Source: a virus
Lineage: Duplodnaviria; Caudoviricetes
Virus record (IMG/VR): IMGVR_UViG_3300026453_000039
Location: 1 to 25,558 of that record
Direction: 5' to 3' (one strand)
DNA length: 25,558 nucleotides
Shown here: piece after piece, positions 9,567 to 18,100 of the stretch
Layout of the letters: every line of letters begins with the position of its first letter
Position numbering within the stretch: the stretch's first letter is position 1
Notes under the pieces: model-generated
The model's database searches: none
What the model saw: the letters and a program-made list of their open reading frames with translations, nothing else
What the model was told of the DNA's origin: nothing
Made by a program: the position numbers and the translations under genes

Positions 9567-10659
9567 ACATAGTTTAACAGTTACATTATCAAACGATGTA
9601 CCAAATGTAGATAATGTAATATCGTATTTATATGCTATTCAAGGACCTACAGATGTATGTTTCGATATAGATAATATAGATCTAGGTAATGTTGGTATAT
9701 ATTCGTTTACCTTTAATTACGGTGACTCTTCAACAGTTGAAAGCATCTCACCGGTATTCTCTAATGGTCTTCCTGTAGAATTACCGGTAAGCGCTGTAGA
9801 ACATACCTATTACCAGACTACAACCGCTGCATCCGAGTTAACCGCTGTTGCAACTATCAAATATATGTCTGTTAACGGTGCAGCTCCACTAACAACAGAA
9901 CATAAGATAGTATTCAAGCAATCACCAGCAAATATGATTGAGAAAAATCTAGAGATTATTAATACACAATTGTTTACTTTATCAGGTGATAATACCCCAT
10001 TTTTTAATTTAGAGTCTGATGAAAATATCATATATCCATGCGCTTTTTTAGAGATTGATGACCCGGTAATCTTTGATGATAATATATATTTAAATACTGA
10101 TCCGGAGGTAATTAACTTAAGCGATACGTATTTATATAGTACGGAGATTACATTAGAAAACGACATTACAACTAATGGCCTTTCAGCTTTATCAGGTTCT
10201 GGGTTTACCATACAGGGTAAGAGCGGTAATATATATACAGTAGCATTTGGTATATCTGGCCATGATTTACGATATACATATACACAAAATACTACTTCTA
10301 TCTTATTATCCAGCAATCTAGATGTATATACTGGGTTCGAAACATTACAAAATACTGTTACAGGTCTTTTCGCGCAGAATAATTTAATAGGTACAGAATT
10401 TAGCGCAATTACAAAGGATATTGCGAGTATACAATTCTACCAGAGTAATCAGTTACCGCCGGAAGCGACTTTATATACAAATACAACCATGGTTTCATCG
10501 ACATCGAGCGGGGTTGTGAATAATTTCACTGCGTTTGATTTCACAGATCAAATATATACCTATACATCTAACGCCTACGGTCCGTCTGGATTAATTGGGT
10601 TAAGTGCTGTTAATAGAATGAAGACTGACCCAGACGGTGTATTAATTAGAGCTTTATAA
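9547..10659 (+). CDS. Putative virion structural protein with degenerate PKD/Ig-like N-terminal domain
   Basis: 370 aa, Thr/Ser/Asn-rich. FNYGDSS...VEHTYY is PKD-like. 20-nt overlap with the upstream gene. Confidence 0.65.
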   Translation: MAHLTSRHSLTVTLSNDVPNVDNVISYLYAIQGPTDVCFDIDNIDLGNVGIYSFTFNYGDSSTVESISPVFSNGLPVELPVSAVEHTYYQTTTAASELTAVATIKYMSVNGAAPLTTEHKIVFKQSPANMIEKNLEIINTQLFTLSGDNTPFFNLESDENIIYPCAFLEIDDPVIFDDNIYLNTDPEVINLSDTYLYSTEITLENDITTNGLSALSGSGFTIQGKSGNIYTVAFGISGHDLRYTYTQNTTSILLSSNLDVYTGFETLQNTVTGLFAQNNLIGTEFSAITKDIASIQFYQSNQLPPEATLYTNTTMVSSTSSGVVNNFTAFDFTDQIYTYTSNAYGPSGLIGLSAVNRMKTDPDGVLIRAL

Positions 10660-10665
10660 TAAATA
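10658..10665 (+). promoter_or_regulatory. T4-like late promoter box AATAAATA
   Basis: AATAAATA-ATATT-ATG(10671). Confidence 0.7.
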
Positions 10666-10670
10666 ATATT

Positions 10671-12386
10671 ATGGCAACTGATATAAAGATCTCAGAATTA
10701 AATGAAATAACGAGTAATAATGATATTAATCATATTATCATTAATGATAGAGAGAATCCCGGTGATGAAGGTATTACAAAGAAGATTAAACTAGAAAATT
10801 TTCTAACGCCAAATATAGTCCAAGAAACTAATATCTTAGACAGCGCTGTAACATGTGATAAGATTGAGCCATTAGCTGTAGATTGCACGAGAATAGCTAA
10901 CAACACAATAACATGCAATCAAATTAGAGAATGCACTATTAATAACCCTTTACTAGATAGTAATAGTGTAGATAGTAGAGTTTTAAATAACGATTGCGGG
11001 TTTACAGTTAAATGCTTAACTGTTTGTAACGGCGCTGTTAATATTAACAATGGCTTAAATGGATGCTTAATCGTTGAATCTGGTAGAACAAAACTAAACA
11101 CTCAGACATATACATGGCCTCAGAGCGAAACGGCAGATCGATTTCTAAAGACTGACGGGGCAGGTAATCTATCTTGGGATCAAGCTGTACCTGGCGAATC
11201 AACTGCATTAGTATTTGCGGAAATTATGCCTGTCGGTACAGTCGTACCATGGGCCGGTACAGGTACAGTGCCTGATGATAAATGGTTAGAGTGTAATGGT
11301 AACACCTTTATAGGTTCCGATTACCCGGATTTAAGAGATGCGCTCGGTGATATATGGGGTACCCATGTAGGCGACGATTACTTCCTACCTAACCTTAAAG
11401 GTCGTGTAGCTGTAGGCGCTGGTACAGGTAACGACGGTACTGATAGCTGTGCATTTGCGCAAGGTGCTCTCGCCGGTAAGTATAATCATACGCTTTGCAT
11501 TAATCAAATGCCTAGTCATAGTCATACATTTAATATCGACGCGGATTATGGGTATAGAGATGCACTAGTTAGTCCAGCAAAATATATAGCAGGGCAAGTA
11601 CATGATTCTCCGATTGGCCCGGCATGTTCAACACTTAATGACCAAAACTATATTAATACATGTGGTAGTAACCAAGCCCATAACAATATCCAACCATACG
11701 CGGTAACTCGATATATCATTAAAGCTAAGCCTGACGATATTCAGCAGTTTGATATGAATGTCGGTCCTGGATTATCCGCTCTTAATGCATCAGGCGGTCA
11801 AACAGCAAGTATAGATTTATCTAGCTCTGAGATCGGATTAAAAGTATCTGATGATTTCGAATTTGATGGGGCAGGTATACTTACATTAAATGATAATGTA
11901 TCTGCTTCTAGTATTAGGTTTGACGACGGTACACTGCAAAGCACGTATGAAAAAGCAGCGTTTTATACATTAGAAGTAGCAGGTGCTAATAACTACACTA
12001 CCCCATCGCAATTTACAGGAAATATTATATCAAAAAGCAGTGAATATTCTAAAGGAACTATTTCCACAGGTACTAATAATAAAACCTACACATCAAATAA
12101 TTCTTTATTATATACGATGAGCGTTAAAGTATTAGCTAATACGACAGTTACATTATATAATTATGTTAATGATGATGCTTTTTATGTATACGTAGATGGT
12201 ACGTTAGAATATACCGGTAATACCAACTACAATAGCGCCAATTCCCCTCGTGTGGTTACATTTAACCTTACAACGGGTAATAGAAAAGTTCAGATTGTCA
12301 AGAATGATTCTGGTGGTGGTAGCAATTCTTTCGATCTACTTGGCGATATAATTGGTACTAATGTCCTCTTCCTTTCAGGTAACTAA
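10671..12386 (+). CDS. Tail fibre protein with phage tail-collar domain and putative PA14-like C-terminal domain
   Basis: Collar signature MPVGTVVPWAG...WLECNG....SDYPDLRDALG..WG...F.LPNLKGRV.VG, then HTL.INQMPSHSH and AHNNIQPY..TRYIIK. N-terminal decapeptide repeats. C-terminal NDDAFYVYVDG...FNLTTGNRKVQIV. Confidence 0.85.
   Translation: MATDIKISELNEITSNNDINHIIINDRENPGDEGITKKIKLENFLTPNIVQETNILDSAVTCDKIEPLAVDCTRIANNTITCNQIRECTINNPLLDSNSVDSRVLNNDCGFTVKCLTVCNGAVNINNGLNGCLIVESGRTKLNTQTYTWPQSETADRFLKTDGAGNLSWDQAVPGESTALVFAEIMPVGTVVPWAGTGTVPDDKWLECNGNTFIGSDYPDLRDALGDIWGTHVGDDYFLPNLKGRVAVGAGTGNDGTDSCAFAQGALAGKYNHTLCINQMPSHSHTFNIDADYGYRDALVSPAKYIAGQVHDSPIGPACSTLNDQNYINTCGSNQAHNNIQPYAVTRYIIKAKPDDIQQFDMNVGPGLSALNASGGQTASIDLSSSEIGLKVSDDFEFDGAGILTLNDNVSASSIRFDDGTLQSTYEKAAFYTLEVAGANNYTTPSQFTGNIISKSSEYSKGTISTGTNNKTYTSNNSLLYTMSVKVLANTTVTLYNYVNDDAFYVYVDGTLEYTGNTNYNSANSPRVVTFNLTTGNRKVQIVKNDSGGGSNSFDLLGDIIGTNVLFLSGN
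10812..10991 (+). repeat. Six decapeptide fibre-shaft repeats (protein level)
   Basis: NIVQETNILD/SAVTCDKIEP/LAVDCTRIAN/NTITCNQIRE/CTINNPLLDS/NSVDSRVLNN. Variant of the common (A)VT..KI.. repeat. Confidence 0.7.
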
Positions 12387-13192
12387 AAAGTCTGAATACT
12401 TTTTAACTCTTCTACCTCAGCGCTAAGACGCTTGACCTCTTCGATAAGAACGGGAATAAGCTTAATGTAATCTACTGCTAGATAACCATTATCCCTTTCT
12501 TTAACAATAGAAGGTAGTACCTTCTGAACGTCCTGAGCCATTAGTCCTAGATCGGATCCTTCTTTATCTGATTTGTCATTCCAATCGAATGAATAACCAG
12601 AAAGACCGTTTATAATACTTTGAGTATTGCAGATTTTATTGAGATTACTCTTAAGATTGCAATCAGATGTAGAATATGCAACTATATCAGCACAGCTTCT
12701 TATCTCACCGGTAACAGTTGTAACACCTTTTACGAATAGGTTTATTGAAGTATCTGACTCATCTGCCCCTACATTCAGTGTACCCTTAATTGTAGTATTA
12801 CCAGTTGCTGCATCCATTGTTACGCATCTGCTACTCGTTGTACCACCTACAAAAAGGTCACCACACGAGACAGTATAGCAGTTATTATCGGATCCAATAA
12901 TACTCGAACCGGTAATAGTCGCGCAACCGTTTACTGTTGCTGAGCAGCTAGTAAGAATACCGCAAATATTAGCATCGCTACCGACCGTAATACAACTAGT
13001 ACCGTTAATTGGCCCGTTTACATCAATACCGGTACCAGAGCCTCCGATACATATCGAACTAGGTATACCGAAACTATCTGTTACACTGCATTTATTACTT
13101 GTAGTTAGACATTGGTTGCAACCATCAACACTTCCAATGTTAAGTATGTTAGTGTATGTAGCGCTTATATTTTGACCGGTAAATTTAGACAT
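12383..13192 (-). CDS. Short tail fibre/spike with C-terminal intramolecular chaperone (peptidase S74)
   Basis: DIVAYSTSDCNLK (Ser176/Lys181 in the S-D-x-x-x-K dyad spacing), L.GYSFDWN, GLMAQDVQKVLP.IV, GYLAVDYIKLIPVLIE.VK.L coiled coil. Beta-helix-like V.G...V.G repeats upstream. Confidence 0.88.
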   Translation of the reverse strand: MSKFTGQNISATYTNILNIGSVDGCNQCLTTSNKCSVTDSFGIPSSICIGGSGTGIDVNGPINGTSCITVGSDANICGILTSCSATVNGCATITGSSIIGSDNNCYTVSCGDLFVGGTTSSRCVTMDAATGNTTIKGTLNVGADESDTSINLFVKGVTTVTGEIRSCADIVAYSTSDCNLKSNLNKICNTQSIINGLSGYSFDWNDKSDKEGSDLGLMAQDVQKVLPSIVKERDNGYLAVDYIKLIPVLIEEVKRLSAEVEELKSIQTF

Positions 13193-13197
13193 AATAA

Positions 13198-13205
13198 TAT
13201 TTATT
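13198..13205 (-). promoter_or_regulatory. T4-like late promoter box AATAAATA
   Basis: Minus strand AATAAATA-TTATT-ATG(13192). Confidence 0.7.
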
Positions 13206-13209
13206 CAAT

Positions 13210-15048
13210 TTACGTAGCTATATACCTAACTTCCGTTCTTGTATATTTTTGATTTGTCAGCTGACCTTGTAAGACAGATAATAGATATTCCTGATAATCT
13301 ATTACCTTCTTTGTGCATCTATTTAATACTTGAGGTGTAACGACTTCGTTAGGGCCTACAAACATATTATAATCTTTTGCGAATGTCGGGGTAGCTGTTA
13401 GTGCAGTTTTACCGGTTGATTTTAAATCATTAAACTGGTTATATTCCAGTAAGAATTTTGACTGTAAGTATGATGAAAATATATCCATATTAAATATTAA
13501 TTTCTTAAAACTCTTATTAAGTGTTAAACTATTAAAATATTGATCGTTAACTAATATATCATTCAAATCAAATGACCTAAAAAGTTCATTCTCAAGCAGT
13601 TTTATTCTACCATTTGCTTCGTTGCATCTTAAAATTTTATCAATCCCGGTAGCAGAAATAAGACCTGTATATTCATGCTGCGGTACATTTTTCTCTAAAA
13701 TAAACAGCGAATCGTAGTTATTGTTTTCCTCTAATATAGCTGCATCTGATAGTATATCATCTGGTCTTAATAAGCCGTCTGATGTTAGTGACGTTACATT
13801 AGTTTTTGCCCAGTTAAATTTACCAATCGGCACGTTCGAACCTACATTAAAATACTTATATAGATTATATGTGGTCATGATATAGTATATATTACTATTG
13901 TTTTTCGAGAAGAATATCTTCTTCGGATCCTCGATAGGGAAGAAAGTATTATCATGAGTAGTAGTTGAGATCTCTTGCTTAAAATCCGTAGGTATCTTTA
14001 ATATTTTATAACTGTTCAGAAGCACATAAAGATTTTTATCAACTGTATTAACTGCAAAACTCACCGGTTCATCATCTTTAATTTCCTTACTAGTAAATCT
14101 CCTTTTAAAGGATAAATCTTCACCAAGAACTACAAAAGTTTTAGTGCCTCTATTATAAGTGTATACTTCTCCCAAGCCGTACTCTATTATATCAGCTCCA
14201 GATAATATACCAGCGCCTGTAGTATTAATTTCAACTCCTCCTTGATTTAGGTATTCTAGATCATTACCGGTAATTCTTGAATCATTCACAAGAGGATCGA
14301 TATATAATCTATATATCTGGTTATGGTGAGTATCGCTTACAAATAAGAGGTCCTTACCGTTTGTGGTTATATCAGCAATAGAATTATAAGGTCTTGTGTT
14401 AAATCCATCTACGAAGGCAGAGGAAGATCTAAAGGTAAAGGTTGTATTGATATCTACATTAGGGCATGTAAATGTATATAAGGCGCTAGCTGTAGCGTAA
14501 ATTGATAGAAAGCTACTTGGAGTCGTTTCTACTGGTCCTAATTTTTGAGGTATCACTTCAATTCTTATTACGTCCTTTAATCCATCAGCAGTCCAATCTA
14601 AAGAGTAATTAGCCCGTGTAGGTGGAGTAACATTTAATCCAAAGCTATAATCATTCTGAGCACTTGTACCAATAAATCCAACAAACCCTTCAGGTAAGTC
14701 ATTCGTCTGAGTTGAGGAGAAATTAAAAAGCTCTAAATAATTGCTATTGAGTTTTTTAAGCTTCTCGTTTATACTATTTTGATTTATAAAATCTCCTGGT
14801 TCAAACTTCACATCTGATTCCGAATATGGTAGTAGCAACTCCTCTATAGGTATTCTATTAAAGTATAGTTTTTCTTTGACAAAATTACCGAGAGCGTTAT
14901 CTGATATATCAAGAAAGCTAGAGTTAGATGTAATCTGTCGCCCGCTGTAAAAGTTTCCGTTCGTTACATTATAATAACCTGTATATGGTACATCATTTAA
15001 GGTGAGTATATTACCAGTTGTATAGTTGAATAGAGTTTGCTCAATCAT
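13210..15048 (-). CDS. Putative virion structural protein with beta-propeller-like (NHL-like) central region
   Basis: 612 aa. DITTNGKDLLFVSDTHHNQIYRL and SFAVNTVDKNLYVL resemble propeller blades. N-terminal YTTG.....PYTGYYN....FYSG motif. Confidence 0.65.
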   Translation of the reverse strand: MIEQTLFNYTTGNILTLNDVPYTGYYNVTNGNFYSGRQITSNSSFLDISDNALGNFVKEKLYFNRIPIEELLLPYSESDVKFEPGDFINQNSINEKLKKLNSNYLELFNFSSTQTNDLPEGFVGFIGTSAQNDYSFGLNVTPPTRANYSLDWTADGLKDVIRIEVIPQKLGPVETTPSSFLSIYATASALYTFTCPNVDINTTFTFRSSSAFVDGFNTRPYNSIADITTNGKDLLFVSDTHHNQIYRLYIDPLVNDSRITGNDLEYLNQGGVEINTTGAGILSGADIIEYGLGEVYTYNRGTKTFVVLGEDLSFKRRFTSKEIKDDEPVSFAVNTVDKNLYVLLNSYKILKIPTDFKQEISTTTHDNTFFPIEDPKKIFFSKNNSNIYYIMTTYNLYKYFNVGSNVPIGKFNWAKTNVTSLTSDGLLRPDDILSDAAILEENNNYDSLFILEKNVPQHEYTGLISATGIDKILRCNEANGRIKLLENELFRSFDLNDILVNDQYFNSLTLNKSFKKLIFNMDIFSSYLQSKFLLEYNQFNDLKSTGKTALTATPTFAKDYNMFVGPNEVVTPQVLNRCTKKVIDYQEYLLSVLQGQLTNQKYTRTEVRYIAT

Positions 15049-15058
15049 TTGATAATAT

Positions 15059-15066
15059 TATTTAAT
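15059..15066 (-). promoter_or_regulatory. T4-like late promoter box ATTAAATA
   Basis: Minus strand ATTAAATA-ATATTATCAA-ATG(15048), 10-nt spacer. Confidence 0.55.
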
Positions 15067-15099
15067 ACTATAACTACGAAGTATAAACCGATGCAGTAA

Positions 15100-15107
15100 T
15101 ATAAATA
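15100..15107 (+). promoter_or_regulatory. T4 late promoter TATAAATA (perfect match)
   Basis: TATAAATA-ATTATAT-ATG(15115). Divergent partner of the 15059-15066 box. Confidence 0.75.
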
Positions 15108-15114
15108 ATTATAT

Positions 15115-18100
15115 ATGGCAGACACCGGTATTAGAATAAATGAAATCCCACGTGATAGTGAGTTGAACGATGGTGATTTATTACACGTGTATAAGGATGT
15201 TAATGGTGTGTTTAAATCCGTCTCAGCACCTGTTGAATCTATAGCTTTTAGAGGACCGAAAGGCGAACCTGGCCAACCAGGTGAAGATGGTTATGAGGGC
15301 GGTACAATAGCTCAATTAGTTGTATATAGGAGAATCGACCCGACGACGATATCAAACGGTGCAGTTGATCTTCTCAAACCCGGGTACGGTCAAAACGATG
15401 ACGGTAGTTATGATTTTACGAATAAAGTATTTACTCCTCCACAAAACCCGCGGTGGTATAAAAATGTACCTCCTGTTGAAGCGGGGAAGGAAGATTACGT
15501 TCTATATTCAGCGAGCGGCGTAGCTCAAATTATAGGTACAACTGGTATTGATAACAATATATTGTGGTCAGATCCAGAGCCTGATGGTATACAGGGGTTA
15601 CCTGGTTCACCAGGTAAATCAACATACCAAGCTGTTATATTTACAAGAAGCGCTACCGTACCACCTACCCCTACAGGCGGTACGTTCAATTTTGGAAATG
15701 ATGAATTGACACCACCGGAGGGTTGGTTTATAGATGTAGGTGGTGATCTAGGACCAAAACTTGGTAATGGAGCGACTGACGATGAAGAGGCTGTTTATCA
15801 GAGTCTTCAATTATGGATGTGTAATCATCAATTCTCGATTGTAGGGGATGAAGGCATTGGTACAGCTGGTCGCTGGTCGTCGCCTCCAACGAGATTTGCT
15901 TCAGATGGTGCAGACGGGTTTTCAACATATTTTGGTTCGATTTATAAGAGAACAAATGAAGTAGGTCTTGTAAGTTTTACTGATAATATTTCTGAAGGAT
16001 TAAATTATATGCCTAGACCCGGTGAAGGTGACCCTACTAAAGGCGGTGAGTATGATTTTAGATTAAACAAGTTTATACTGCCAGATGGGCCGGGCGAACA
16101 ATTTGAAGGGTGGACTGAAGAAGTACCAGACGACTATAAAGTTGCCGGGCGCTCATCAGATTTATGGGTATCTCATACAGTCGCATCCGCGCGTAGTAAT
16201 TTTATTGGCAATGAACCGGTTAGAGATGACTCTTTAAAATGGACATGGCCTAAAAAAGTTTCTCAAGCTACAATTGACGGTAATCAAGGCAATGCAGTAG
16301 CTCAGGTAAAAGCATATATTCGCTCCGTCGGTGATGCTCCGCTTGTAACGTCTCTCACTGCTGCTGAGTTTAATTTTCAAGATAAAATACTAAACTTGCA
16401 AGGCACAGGCTGGTCGAGTGAGCCTTATAAATCAACTTTAGAGGATAGTAATGCAGATTATGGTCGTGATTTCTTATATGTAGCTGTAGGTGTAGCAGAA
16501 TCAGTCTATAATCCAGAGACTGCTCAATATCCAAATGATACGGATATTCAATGGGGTGATCCTGTCCCAGCTCCTGACGACGGTGAAGTTGCGGTATCTA
16601 CATACCTCGCACAAGTTTATACGCGATATAGCGGTAGTGAAGATATACAAGTCGAAGGCTATATACCCACCGGTGGGTCATATAATTTCGGTGAAAATAG
16701 CTTAGGTCTACCGTCAGATCCAAATAGTGAATTAACATGGTCTTCTACTATACCTGCAGGTGCAGGTCAGATATATGTTAGTCAGCGTAACTTTAACGTA
16801 AGAGGTAACACTGGTACAGATGTGGCAGATTCTGATAACCCATGGTCGATACCTGCTATACTAGCTTATGATGGTGTCGCTGGGTTTGATGGAGTAACAA
16901 ACACACGTATAACTCTTTACTACGGCTCGGATACTCAATTAACAGGTAATAATATACCGACTATACCAGCCGATGTTAATATAGCTGTTGATCTAGATAG
17001 GAATTCATCGAATTTCGGTAATGTACTTAGAACAGAAATAAATGGAGAGGCTATAGATGTTACATCAGATCATAAAATCTTAACGAAGAACGGTAATAAT
17101 AACGTTGATACTGGCTGGAGAACGGAGATGCCGGATAATGACTGGATATATAGTATACAGGCTTTAGCTTCTGATTCAGATGAAACTGATAATAACTATA
17201 TAGATATAATTGCTAGTCATGAATGGGGTGAAACGGCTCCGTTCCGCAAGCCTGGTGGGCAGGGGTTAACTGGTCTAGCAACTTCAATAGTAAGTCTATA
17301 TAAGAGAACATCATCATCAAGTACACCATCACCATCAAAACCTACTGGTTCATTTAGATACTACCTTGGTGATGAAGGTTCAAATAAGAGAGGAGAGTTA
17401 ATCGAGATAGAAAGTGCAGATAAGCAAGGATGGTCACTTACTGCACCGTCATATGACGGTTCAAATCATTATCTCTGGCAGATTAATGCAACTGCATCGT
17501 CGAGAGATAATTACGATGTTATACCCGATACGGAGTGGACATCACCTATTATATTTTCTCAAAACCCGTTTGATTTAACTGAGACAACTGTATCTCATAT
17601 AGTACAGGCGTATATAAGGTCGAGCGTGGTACCTAATACAAATCCTGGTACCTGTACAGTTAATCTATCTGGTGAGACAGCTGGTCAAATTACCGGGGGA
17701 TTGCTAAATGGTTGGAGTGACGTGATACCCGATGGCGATCAGCAAGTATATATTGTACATGCAACCGCCAGTGGTAGCGTGTCAAATATAAATGACATCG
17801 ATACCATAGCAGCAAACGAATGGAGCGCGCCTGCTAAATGGGGTATTGTCGGTGAGCGAGGATTACGAGGCGCGTCCGGTGGTATAGGTAGACCACTTAC
17901 TCTTTTCAAGAGAACCGATCTTACTCCTGTTGCAGGAGAGTTAGATTTACCTACATTAAGTGGTACGTATGATTTTGTATCTGATAACTGGACCTTTGGT
18001 ACTTATCTATCAAATGGCAACGAAGGAACGATAAACGGCTGGTCCTATGAACTACCTAGTAAAGATACTACAGATAGAGTATTATGGCAAACATTTGCGA

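Noticed and set aside
17308-17340. acatcatcatcaagtacaccatcaccatca micro-repeat
   Set aside because: It simply encodes a Ser/Pro/Thr linker (TSSSSTPSPS). It is too short and imperfect for a phase-variable tract.
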